Of a stretch of DNA of 64,000 nt, positions 1 through 8,424 are shown piece after piece (position 1 is the first letter of the stretch; each line of letters opens with the position of its first letter). Under the pieces are notes generated by a model, which saw only the letters and a program-made list of their open reading frames with translations, was not told the origin of the DNA and did not search any database. The stretch comes from Candidatus Poribacteria bacterium. GTDB lineage: Bacteria > Poribacteria > WGA-4E > UBA9662. The stretch lies in contig JAYZAL010000077.1 of NCBI GenBank assembly GCA_036339735.1, positions 49,810 through 113,809 on the forward strand. The letters are read 5' to 3'. The translations under genes were made by a program, and so were the position numbers.

Positions 1-1
1 C

Positions 2-538
2 CATTCAATCGCACATCATGATTTGGGATATATTTATCGTGTGCGAGGTAAATATGAACAGGTAACTGCTAAACTTCGACAGGTTATTGATATTCCCCCT
101 GACGAAGAAAAGATATTGAATTTCGGAAGTGATTTGCGTCCGTTTGCATACATCAATCTAGGAGATATTTATAGACAACAGGGTAAAGTGGAAGAGGCAC
201 TGGCAAAATTCCAACAGGAAATGCAGGTTGAGATTGCCCTTAGTATCGCACCTACATGGGTGAACGAGTGCCAGGGAATGATTTACCTTACACAAGGCAA
301 ACTAAATGATGCTGGCACCGAATTCCGACAGGTAATTGAGCTCGACCCCAACAATACAATGGTACATTACAACCTTGCCTGTGTGTATTCCCTGAAAAAT
401 GAACTCAAACTGGCAGTAGAATCCCTGCAGAAAGCAATTAAGTTGGATAAAAGTTATATTGAGTTGTCTAAAAAAGACCCTGATTTAGACAACATTCGAC
501 AAACACCAGAATTCCAGAAGTTAATCGATTCCTACTAA
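2..538 (+). CDS. Tetratricopeptide-repeat protein, 5'-truncated by the window edge
   Basis: TPR motifs (AYINLGDIYRQQGKVEEA, VHYNLACVYSLKNELKLAVESLQKAIKLD, DPDLDNIR). The frame is open back to base 2. Confidence 0.85.
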   Translation, partial: HSIAHHDLGYIYRVRGKYEQVTAKLRQVIDIPPDEEKILNFGSDLRPFAYINLGDIYRQQGKVEEALAKFQQEMQVEIALSIAPTWVNECQGMIYLTQGKLNDAGTEFRQVIELDPNNTMVHYNLACVYSLKNELKLAVESLQKAIKLDKSYIELSKKDPDLDNIRQTPEFQKLIDSY

Positions 539-1225
539 CTACTCTAGTTTCTTACTCTGTCGGAAAAAATCAGTGATCTGTGCACAATGGTATGCTTTCC
601 CTTTAGAGTTGGTATATCCCATCTTAAATAAAATGTTAGAGATCTCTTGGTTGGTATAAGCACCTGATTTGAGTTCTTTAACATGTTTTATCAGTTCGGG
701 TTTGGTTTCCAGTACCGATTTACGGCCACCGGCTTTACCCCGACCTTTCAAGTCAACAATACCTTTTTGCTGGTTTTGGGTTTTTCTCTGTAACTTAGCT
801 AACTGGTTCCCTAGTTTTTCGTACTCAACCACCACCTCAAACAATTGGTCGTCATCAGGGGTAGAATGTTGGTAACTCAGACTATCAAAGGTTCCAGTAA
901 TCGAAACCAGTGGCATATTCAGTTTCTCCATCATTTTCATTATTAACCTCTGTTGGAACCGACTGGTTTGACCGATACTGAGAAAGAAGTTAGGTTCGAC
1001 AATGATGCAATTAACTCCCCGTTCGACACCTTTAGTGAATGCCAACCGGTCCTCATATCTTCGAAATGCCCAATTCCCATCTCCTGGTCTCCAATCATAG
1101 AACCATTCACCTAGAACCTCGATTTGGTTCTGGTTAATGAAATGTTGGATAGGATCGGGGTTGTGATCGTCAGGGTTTCCTCGGACTAATACTACTACTT
1201 TTTTACCTGTTATATCTTGGTTCAT
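539..1225 (-). CDS. Divergent serine-recombinase (resolvase-like) family protein, probably lacking the catalytic Ser
   Basis: N-terminal KKVVVLVRG sits where YxRVS is expected. C-terminal GRGKAGGRKS...PELIKHVKELK...EISNILFKMGYTNSKGKAY resembles recombinase DNA-binding tails. It is paralogous to the pseudogene at 3069-3538. Confidence 0.6.
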   Translation of the reverse strand: MNQDITGKKVVVLVRGNPDDHNPDPIQHFINQNQIEVLGEWFYDWRPGDGNWAFRRYEDRLAFTKGVERGVNCIIVEPNFFLSIGQTSRFQQRLIMKMMEKLNMPLVSITGTFDSLSYQHSTPDDDQLFEVVVEYEKLGNQLAKLQRKTQNQQKGIVDLKGRGKAGGRKSVLETKPELIKHVKELKSGAYTNQEISNILFKMGYTNSKGKAYHCAQITDFFRQSKKLE

Positions 1226-1233
1226 ATTGTTTC
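1199..1233. repeat. Direct repeat A, copy 1 (5' end of the recombinase-like gene)
   Basis: 28/35 identical to 1596-1630 by hand alignment. Confidence 0.75.
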
Positions 1234-1252
1234 ATAATATTGCAGTACGTTA

Positions 1253-1579
1253 TCAGAAGCAACATCGGCATTCACCTTCCTTACCGTCAATTATTGAAAC
1301 TCCATCACAATAAGTTTTTTCACCCAACATAGAAGTCTTTACCCCAGTTTCATTATAAAACGAGATTTTGCAACCTTTATTATTATCAATATGTATTTCA
1401 CCTCTCTTTTTCCCATTTTCATCTTCGATTATGATTTCTCGACAGGTTATCTTTCCAAACTTCGTATCTATTGACCCCTTATCTGCATTAGCATCAGTAA
1501 CCAAAACCGAGTTCAACACCATTCCAGAAATAACTAGTAATCCCCCGATAACCAGAAAGACTAAATCTCTAATTTTCAT
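1253..1579 (-). CDS. Hypothetical exported/membrane-anchored protein, paralog of 1813-2319
   Basis: Likely start MKIRDLVFLVIGGLLVISGMVLNS at 1579. Shares the N-terminus and FGxITCxxIII motif with 1813-2319. Confidence 0.7.
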   Translation of the reverse strand: MKIRDLVFLVIGGLLVISGMVLNSVLVTDANADKGSIDTKFGKITCREIIIEDENGKKRGEIHIDNNKGCKISFYNETGVKTSMLGEKTYCDGVSIIDGKEGECRCCF

Positions 1580-1595
1580 TTCTTGCGTCTCATTC

Positions 1596-1630
1596 CTTTT
1601 TACCAACTATGTATTGGTTCATATTATTTC
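1596..1630. repeat. Direct repeat A, copy 2 (minus strand reads MNQYIVGKKE* versus MNQDITGKKV)
   Basis: 28/35 identical to 1199-1233. Confidence 0.75.
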
Positions 1631-1812
1631 CTACTTTCCACTTTTTTCGTTTTTTTATGAAAGTAACTGAAATAAATAACTCTATAGAAAAGGGTTGCTA
1701 AAACAGTAAAAATCATTCCAACTACAATTTCTATTCCGTGATTACTAAAAATTTCAGATGTTACTATTTGACCATATCCTTGGGCTAACCACCGTTTTTG
1801 TTTATTGATACC

Positions 1813-2319
1813 TTAATTTTCTTTGATCAAATCCGTAGGAGGAATTACTGAATCCGAAGTGTCTTCATTATTTAGGATTCTTTCTATTACACCACTACCA
1901 TCAAGACCCACTGTCAGACTAATAGCATTTTCTCCTGTTTTGTTAATACAATCAATACCTCCACCATTTTCGTTTATATACATTCTTACTTTTCTTTTAT
2001 CAGTTTTAGGTTTTGAGTCGAGAACAAGCAGCATTTCATTGTTTTCTCCCTGATTGCTACCTAAATATACAACTTGTTGACTTAGGTCATCACCAAACAT
2101 TGTCAGCATACTACTATTCCCACTTTCATCTAATCCAAAATATGCTTTTCTCTCATTTTCACCTTGAATTATAATTGCCTTACAAGTAATGACCCCGAAG
2201 TTCGCATCCTCTAAACCCACTTGTGCAACAGCATTAGTAACCAAAGAGTTTAAAACTATCCCTAGAACTACCAACACAGCACCAAATGACATATATAAAA
2301 TCTTGTCTCTAAGTTTCAT
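1813..2319 (-). CDS. Hypothetical exported protein, paralog of 1253-1579
   Basis: AAGGAG RBS, signal-like N-terminus MKLRDKILYMSFGAVLVVLGIVLNSLVTNAVAQ, FGVITCKAIII motif, Gly-rich beta-strand repeats. Confidence 0.75.
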   Translation of the reverse strand: MKLRDKILYMSFGAVLVVLGIVLNSLVTNAVAQVGLEDANFGVITCKAIIIQGENERKAYFGLDESGNSSMLTMFGDDLSQQVVYLGSNQGENNEMLLVLDSKPKTDKRKVRMYINENGGGIDCINKTGENAISLTVGLDGSGVIERILNNEDTSDSVIPPTDLIKEN

Positions 2320-2329
2320 TTCTAACTCC

Positions 2330-2363
2330 TTATTGTTTCAACATATCACCGATCGAGGGTGTA
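2330..2363. repeat. Direct repeat B, copy 1 (3' end of the recombinase gene; minus strand reads SIGDMLKQ*)
   Basis: attgtttcaacatatcaccgatcgagggtgta, 28/32 identical to copy 3. Confidence 0.85.
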
Positions 2364-2383
2364 TTGTTTGATTCTAACTTTTC

Positions 2384-2830
2384 TACATGTATTTACTCTG
2401 ATAACTAACAACATTAGCCTTGCTGGAAGTTACTTGACCTGTATCCGCATCAAATCCGGGTAGAAAACCTGTTACTGTCTAACGTTCTTTTTTGTCTACT
2501 CGCAGTATCAGTGCACCAGTAGTTCCAATGCCCACCTTCTCACGAGAAATATCGGTAAACATTCGATTGATACCATCATAAATCGGTTCTGATCTCCTTC
2601 TTTGACCATCTTCACCACAATAATAAATTAGAACAAAATACATTAGTCTTACTGATGTTCCTTTATAATATTCCCGACCTTCTTCTATTAAGATAATCTT
2701 ACCGTTTATATATTTCTTTTCACCTTTGGAAAGCAACTTTTTGTTCAAAAGGGATAACAAACGACCCCAAATTAACTTTAAACCCAAATAAAGGAACAAT
2801 TAATTGTTTTACGACTTCAAATAATCTCAT
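2384..2830 (-). pseudogene. Frameshifted hypothetical gene filling the interval between repeats B1 and B2
   Basis: GGAGG RBS and ATG at 2830 (MRLFEVVKQLIVPLFG...) stop early. Coding seems to continue in the 2479-2799 ORF frame, then in a third frame (FSTGFDADTGQVTSSKANVVSYQSKYM*). Confidence 0.5.
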
Positions 2831-2846
2831 CAACCCTCCATAGACA

Positions 2847-2880
2847 TTATTGCTTCACCATATCACTAATCGATTGTTTG
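2847..2880. repeat. Direct repeat B, copy 2 (minus strand reads QSISDMVKQ*)
   Basis: attgcttcaccatatcactaatcgattgtttg, 28/32 identical to copy 3. Confidence 0.85.
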
Positions 2881-3072
2881 TTGCTGAGTTGTTTCTTCTT
2901 CAGCATTGTCCCAGAATTTTCTCTTCACCACGAGAAACATTATTGAACCAATAAATGAAATAACAAATATTATCAAACAGATTCGGATAAGTCTCTTGCG
3001 TTTCTCTTTTCTGATAAAACCAAAAAACAGTAGAATCAGACAAATCAGAAGAGGAATTATCAGTTTTATCAT
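2866..3072 (-). CDS. Small two-TM membrane protein
   Basis: 68 aa, two hydrophobic helices with a basic loop. The ATG overlaps the recombinase stop (ATGA) and its stop lies inside repeat B2. Confidence 0.6.
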   Translation of the reverse strand: MIKLIIPLLICLILLFFGFIRKEKRKRLIRICLIIFVISFIGSIMFLVVKRKFWDNAEEETTQQQTID

Positions 3073-3102
3073 TGTTTCACCATATCACTGATCGATTGTG
3101 TA
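3069..3102. repeat. Direct repeat B, copy 3 (actual 3' end of the recombinase pseudogene)
   Basis: attgtttcaccatatcactgatcgattgtgta; the minus strand encodes TQSISDMVKQ*. Confidence 0.85.
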
Positions 3103-3538
3103 CTATATGGGTTGCCACGTTCGTTGAGGTAACCCATATCTGATAAATGTTTGGAGGTCTGACGCAAACTCATCCGTCTTTTGGTTTTCCAGTTCCGTTT
3201 TCGTAACCTCTTGACCACAACCTCACTAATTCTGGTTGCAGTTCCTTGTTCAATTTCCGACCTTCGCATTTACCCTCATCTTTCAGGGTAACATGGTTGC
3301 GTGTTGATTCTGTTTCTTCTTTCTTTCCCTACTTGACCGACAAGTTAAAAACAATTTCTTCTCTCTGGTATTCTGAAATGGCAGACAGGATTTGCCGGTT
3401 CCGTTAAGAGGTCTGATTATCTTCAAACCTACCATCAGTTACTGAAATCAGAGTAAAACCATCTTGTTTTAACCTTCGATATCCAAGTTCTAACTCAAAT
3501 GAATTAGGACTTAACCGAGAAATGCTTTCAAAACGCAG
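3069..3538 (-). pseudogene. Serine recombinase (resolvase/Pin-like) pseudogene, 5'-truncated, with stops and frameshifts
   Basis: Hand translation across frames: FESISRLSPNSFELELGYRRLKQDGFTLISVTDG...S*RNRQILSAISEYQREEIVFNL / VTLKDEGKCEGRK / KRLRKRNWKTKRRMSLRQTSKHLSDMGYLNERGNPYSTQSISDMVKQ*. Confidence 0.8.
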
Positions 3539-3872
3539 TATAAGCCCAATATACAATTGAGTTATTACGTAGATTACGTAGTGTTTTTAAATTGCACATG
3601 TAGAAAATATGTAGAAAGTAGAGAAGAGATGATTTTGAATGAAGTTTAAGACACTATTGCAGACACGGTAAGAATAAGTTAGTATTAGCATACCGATGTA
3701 AAAAACCAGACAGTTACTGGAAAAAATACATCAAAAAAGGTTCGGTGTAAAGTCGTATTCTTCTAGAAAAAACTCTTGCTCAACTAACGAGACTTGGGTA
3801 GAGTCTGATTTGGTTGGATGAGTTGAGAACTACACTAATAATTAATTATCAATTCGATATGAGGGTAGACGA

Positions 3873-4103
3873 ATGAATCTAAGGATCGAATACTGTACAG
3901 CTTGAAATTATTTGCCACGCGCCGTCAGTTTGGCGGACAAATTACTTGGCCATTATAAAACACAAATAGCTTCTCTTACACTGGTTCCTGGGGGTGGTGG
4001 TTGCTTTGAGGTTTCACGTGATAGTGAAATTTTATACTCGAAACTTTCTACCAAGGAATTCCCCAGCCTGACTCAAATTACCGACGCTCTTGGTAGTTCT
4101 TAG
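3873..4103 (+). CDS. SelW/SelT/SelH-like (Rdx family) selenoprotein, Sec at TGA 3903-3905
   Basis: GAGGG RBS and ATG at 3873 give MNLRIEYCTAU-NYLPRAVSLADKLL...GGGGCFEV...LYSKLSTKEFP, the Rdx signature with CxxU. A hairpin follows the TGA. Confidence 0.9.
3910..3942 (+). promoter_or_regulatory. Putative bacterial SECIS element
   Basis: Outer stem ATTTG/CAAAT, apical stem CGCCG/TGGCG, G-containing loop TCAGTT about 20 nt after the in-frame TGA. Confidence 0.7.
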
Positions 4104-4123
4104 TTTGTCTTTTGACAAACTTC

Positions 4124-5296
4124 CTATTCGAATGCGGCAGGTTCAACTACCTGTCGCATATCCCAGATTAGGATCTGTCCATTGGTTGTTCCAGTCGCCA
4201 AATAAAACAAATCATCTTGCTGACTAAATCTGAGAGAAAATGAACAGTAGAGGTCGAACAAGCCTAATTTTCGTGTAGATCCAAATCGTCGAAACGTTTT
4301 TTCTTCCATCGACCAGACGTAAATCTTGTCTGAAGTCTGACACAAGAAAAAAGCTTTGTTCGGGCCAAAAGACAGATTCCCACCTCGGCTAGAAACTTGG
4401 TTTTTAATTGGTGATACTTTTGATAAATCCCAACTTAATATGGATTGCTCTGCTCCAGAAGCGATCAGATAATTATCCGCTAATGATATTGAACCAATCT
4501 TCTCTTGGCCAGCCAATAACGTTTTCTCTAATTGTCCATTAGCTAAGCTCCAAAATCGGACAGTACCATCCCAAGAACCAGAGACCAACTGCTCTCCATT
4601 TTGAAAAAAATCTAGTGCGGTTACATTATCGGTATGCCCTCGAAAAGTATAGACTAATTTTCCCGTAATAATGTTCCAAAGAAAGATATTTCCATTTAGG
4701 GTAGCAATAGCTAGTAAAATAGGTTGATTAGGACAGAAAGCGAGAGTGGTTACCCACTCTCCCCGAGGTGAAGTTGTAAAAAAATCATCTTCATCATCCT
4801 CAAAATCTGTCTCTTTGTCGTCCGTCGATGGTTCAAAAGCAACTAAAGTACGTTCTATAATCCCGCTCTGTGGGTCTAAAATTTGAACTTGGCCATTGTA
4901 AGTACCATAAGCTACAGCTGCAGAATCAGGGCTCGCTACGACGGCAGTTATTAAATCTTCATTATTATCTTGAGTTGACCAACTAACTGTCCATTCCGAA
5001 TTATTTATGGAGCCAGGTGGTAGAGGGTTATCTATATCATTTTGGCTAACATTTCCTTCTTCCCAAAGACTAATTTGGTACCCCGTTGCAATTAACAAAT
5101 AAGCGCAGTCGTGTGAAAATGCTAAATCCGTTATCGGTGTACCGCTCGGAATATTCAAAATTTGTACGGGATCAGATGGAAGTTGGGGGAAATTAGTTTC
5201 AGCAACCACTCTCGTGGGTAAATAGCTGATAGCAAGATAAACCATTACATAATAGAATAAATTCAACAGCTGAAGACACTTAGTTTTTTCCGTCAT
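4124..5296 (-). CDS. WD40-repeat beta-propeller protein (start could be 5245)
   Basis: GHTDNVTALDFFQNGEQLVSGSWDGTVRFWS and further WD repeats; hydrophobic N-terminus. Confidence 0.85.
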   Translation of the reverse strand: MTEKTKCLQLLNLFYYVMVYLAISYLPTRVVAETNFPQLPSDPVQILNIPSGTPITDLAFSHDCAYLLIATGYQISLWEEGNVSQNDIDNPLPPGSINNSEWTVSWSTQDNNEDLITAVVASPDSAAVAYGTYNGQVQILDPQSGIIERTLVAFEPSTDDKETDFEDDEDDFFTTSPRGEWVTTLAFCPNQPILLAIATLNGNIFLWNIITGKLVYTFRGHTDNVTALDFFQNGEQLVSGSWDGTVRFWSLANGQLEKTLLAGQEKIGSISLADNYLIASGAEQSILSWDLSKVSPIKNQVSSRGGNLSFGPNKAFFLCQTSDKIYVWSMEEKTFRRFGSTRKLGLFDLYCSFSLRFSQQDDLFYLATGTTNGQILIWDMRQVVEPAAFE

Positions 5297-6158
5297 TGAC
5301 TTTTTTTGATGTCTGTTCGGCTACAATAATTCGGATACGATATTCGTTAGCCAATTGAACCAGTTCTGATGGTCGAATTAGCAAGACGCGTTTGGCTTCA
5401 ACAGCCAACACCTTTGCTCCTGATGTTTTCATGATTTCTAATGTTTGTCGTCCAATAGTTGGAGTATCTATCCGAAAATCGTGGTTTGTGGCCGCAGTTT
5501 TGATTACTGTGAATCCCTTACCTGCTAAATTACCAGCCCGAATAATAGCAGAGTCTGTTCCTTCGATTGCTTCAACAGCTAATACCATCCTATTTTTTAT
5601 TACTACTGTTTGACCGATATCTAAATCAGCTATTGACCGAGCAAGGGACAAACCATAGGTAATATCTAACCATTCTAATTGAGTCGGTTGTCTTTTTGTC
5701 AAAACACCAGCTGTTGGCAAAAAATCATCTAGATATTGTATTTGAGGTAGTACTCGAATACCTTCTGCTTCAAAATGATTGAGAACACTAGCCAAAATTG
5801 CTTGATCTCCACCGTGCCGGCTGCGAGCGAGAATTTTCAAAGCTGTCGTATCAAAGTGTAGTGGTTTCAATAATCTTTTTTTTTCTACTTTGCCGATAAT
5901 TGAAATTTCTTTTACATTTCGCTTTTGAAATGTTTTTGTGACTTTTTCGACTTGACCTACTCCAAGAGGGAAAACAGAGATTGTTGTAGGCAACCTCTGT
6001 TGTGCTAAGCGCGCTGAAGATTTAGTGATGGGAATGAACACAACGGGTCGTTCTGGAAAGTGTTTGAGTACTGATTCAACCAATAAAAAAGGGAGTTCAC
6101 CATCCCCAGCAACAATACCGAAAGGACTATTCGTTGGTTGATGGCATTGAGTGGCCAT
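5280..6158 (-). CDS. lpxI: UDP-2,3-diacylglucosamine diphosphatase LpxI
   Basis: GIVAGDGELP, DIGQTVV, AVEAIEGTD, DFRIDTPTIG motifs; lies directly after lpxA. Confidence 0.9.
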   Translation of the reverse strand: MATQCHQPTNSPFGIVAGDGELPFLLVESVLKHFPERPVVFIPITKSSARLAQQRLPTTISVFPLGVGQVEKVTKTFQKRNVKEISIIGKVEKKRLLKPLHFDTTALKILARSRHGGDQAILASVLNHFEAEGIRVLPQIQYLDDFLPTAGVLTKRQPTQLEWLDITYGLSLARSIADLDIGQTVVIKNRMVLAVEAIEGTDSAIIRAGNLAGKGFTVIKTAATNHDFRIDTPTIGRQTLEIMKTSGAKVLAVEAKRVLLIRPSELVQLANEYRIRIIVAEQTSKKVNDGKN

Positions 6159-6234
6159 GGCAGCTAACTGTCCAGAATCAACCCGATTTCTTACACAAAA
6201 CTTTCACTGTTCTGACAAACAATTAAAAACAAAA

Positions 6235-7026
6235 TTAAAGTGCAATACCCCTATCAGATGACTGAAGGAAATTTAGGAGATAGTTAACTTCATCATTGGG
6301 GGGACAGTCTTCTTTAACTTTTTCTATGGCCTGTGATAGCGAATTTTGAGATCGGAACAATATAGAAAAAACTTTTTTTAGTAAGCTAATAGTGTCGGGA
6401 GATATCTCGGCCATCGGATGATTGCTGGCTGTCTGCCGGCCTATCAAATTCAACCCTCGTATACGAGCCGGATGTCCATCCGCGACAGTAAATGGAGGTA
6501 TGTCTTTAACGAATTTGGAGCAAGCACCAGCCATAGCACACTTACCAATTCGTACGAAAGGGTGAATTGCCGCATGTGCTCCCAACCGAACCTGATCCTC
6601 TACTACAACATGTCCTCCCAAAGTAGCAAAATTAGCCATGATAGTTCGATTTCCAACCGATGCATCATGGGCAATGTTGACCCAGTTCATCAATAAATTA
6701 TCGTCCCCAATAACTGTAGCCGAATTTTCACTGGTAGCGCGTGAAACCGATACATACTCACGCAATATATTACGATTACCGATCAAGGTATAACTACGTT
6801 CATTTTGAGATTTCAGGTCTTTAGAGGGATTACCCAGCGTACAACCAAAAAAAATTTGACACCCTTCACCAATATGGGTGTATTGGCATACCTGAACGTG
6901 TGGCCCAATGATCGTCTCGCGACCAACCTGGACATCCGATTCTATAATAGAAAACGGTCCAACCTCAACACAATTATCGAGCTCAGCTTTTGGAGAAACA
7001 ATAGCGGTCGGGTGAATTTTTGTCAT
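6235..7026 (-). CDS. lpxA: Acyl-ACP:UDP-GlcNAc O-acyltransferase
   Basis: IHPTAIVS hexapeptide repeats, IAHD, GGHVVVED, KDIPPF, GLNLIG, C-terminal RGI. Confidence 0.93.
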   Translation of the reverse strand: MTKIHPTAIVSPKAELDNCVEVGPFSIIESDVQVGRETIIGPHVQVCQYTHIGEGCQIFFGCTLGNPSKDLKSQNERSYTLIGNRNILREYVSVSRATSENSATVIGDDNLLMNWVNIAHDASVGNRTIMANFATLGGHVVVEDQVRLGAHAAIHPFVRIGKCAMAGACSKFVKDIPPFTVADGHPARIRGLNLIGRQTASNHPMAEISPDTISLLKKVFSILFRSQNSLSQAIEKVKEDCPPNDEVNYLLNFLQSSDRGIAL

Positions 7027-7084
7027 TACCTACTCTTAGTCGTAAGTTAAGTCTTTTTTCTTCAGGTGATATCCACTTAATTTT

Positions 7085-8350
7085 TTATTCGGGTGGTGAA
7101 CCAATCATAATTGACAAGATACCTTCACTAGCGATAGAGTCCCCTACGTAGGCTTTACCTGCGAGTTTCACAAAGTTCCGGCGTTTGCGAACAACTTCTA
7201 CTTCTAGTCTCAACTGATCACCAGGAAGAACCGGGCGGCGAAATTTTGCCTCATCAATGGAAGCGAAGAACCCAATCTGGTTTTCGGTGTTTGTCTCTTG
7301 TAAGACTAGCCAAGCACCTAGTTGAGCTAATGCCTCCATCTGTAATACTCCAGGCATAACTGGTTCTTGTGGGAAATGTCCTTGGAAAAACTGTTCATTA
7401 TAAGAGAGATTCTTAATACCAGTCGCCGATTTACCTGTCTGGAAGCTTACAACTCTATCTACCATACACATTGGGAATCGGTGTGGTAGTTGTTGATAAA
7501 TTTCCTTGGCTTCCACAGGTTTCTGTTTGTTAATCAAGCCTTGGTCATCCAATAACTTGACCAATTCAGCATGTAACTGATGGCCTGATTTAACGGCTAT
7601 AACATGAGCCAGTAATGGTTGACCGATCACCGATAAATCGCCGATCAAATCTAAAATCTTATGCCGGGCAAACTCATCAGAAAAACGTAAATCACACTTT
7701 GGTACACCATCCTCTTTGACTACAACTACATTACTCTCGCTTGCCCCTTTGCCAATACCCAGCTGCAATAACGCCTCGATTTCGCTGGACAAACAAAAGC
7801 TTCTGGCTGGTGCAAGCTGTTCCAAATAAAGTTCTGGTGTGATATCAAATGTCGCAATTTGGGTCTGGATCTTTGGATGATCGTAGACAAATGTGACACG
7901 GAAGTTATCGGCAGGCAGTAACATCAACTGCTTGTCCCCTTGGTCAATAGCAAGCGGAGAATTAATCTTAACAACCGATCGGGGTATATCTTGTTTCAAC
8001 ACTCCAACTTGGGCGATCTGAATCGCATACGCTGAAGCACTACCATCCAGTGCGGGTGGCTCTGGAGCATCAAGTTGCAATAGCGCATTATCAATATGCA
8101 TACCAGCTAGAGCAGACAAGATATGCTCTACACTATTAACAGTAATAGATCCATCACCAATACTCGTACAACGTGGTAGGTCGTCCACCGCGTTTTCAGC
8201 GCAAACGGCGACGGACTGGTTGCCTAAGTCGATTCTTTGAAAGACTATTCCGTGGTTGACTGGTGCTGGACATATTTTGAGATTGACGGCCAAACCTCGC
8301 ATGAGGCCTTTACCACTAATGGTTATTTCATCTTTAATTGTCTGTTGCAA
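7085..8350 (-). CDS. lpxC: Bifunctional LpxC deacetylase / FabZ dehydratase
   Basis: MQQTI, VEHILSAL and RHKILDLIGDL (LpxC), followed by LPHRFPM, FFQGHFP and MPGVLQMEALAQ (FabZ). Confidence 0.95.
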   Translation of the reverse strand: MQQTIKDEITISGKGLMRGLAVNLKICPAPVNHGIVFQRIDLGNQSVAVCAENAVDDLPRCTSIGDGSITVNSVEHILSALAGMHIDNALLQLDAPEPPALDGSASAYAIQIAQVGVLKQDIPRSVVKINSPLAIDQGDKQLMLLPADNFRVTFVYDHPKIQTQIATFDITPELYLEQLAPARSFCLSSEIEALLQLGIGKGASESNVVVVKEDGVPKCDLRFSDEFARHKILDLIGDLSVIGQPLLAHVIAVKSGHQLHAELVKLLDDQGLINKQKPVEAKEIYQQLPHRFPMCMVDRVVSFQTGKSATGIKNLSYNEQFFQGHFPQEPVMPGVLQMEALAQLGAWLVLQETNTENQIGFFASIDEAKFRRPVLPGDQLRLEVEVVRKRRNFVKLAGKAYVGDSIASEGILSIMIGSPPE

Positions 8351-8424
8351 ACTACGCTCCGTTGTGATTTTATTTGTCCAATCGTCGATTTTGCTGTGTA
8401 CTAAGGTATTCTCGCCAATGCTAG

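Noticed and set aside
2379-3607. 12-bp inverted match TTTTCTACATGT (2379-2390) / ACATGTAGAAAA (3596-3607) as transposon ends
   Set aside because: Short and AT-rich, with no target duplication or transposase; plausibly chance.
3903-3905. Genome-wide TGA recoding as the explanation for the in-frame TGA
   Set aside because: Many clear genes end at TGA (for example the kinase at 17097, purL, pilD and the ABC gene at 52844), so TGA is normally a stop.
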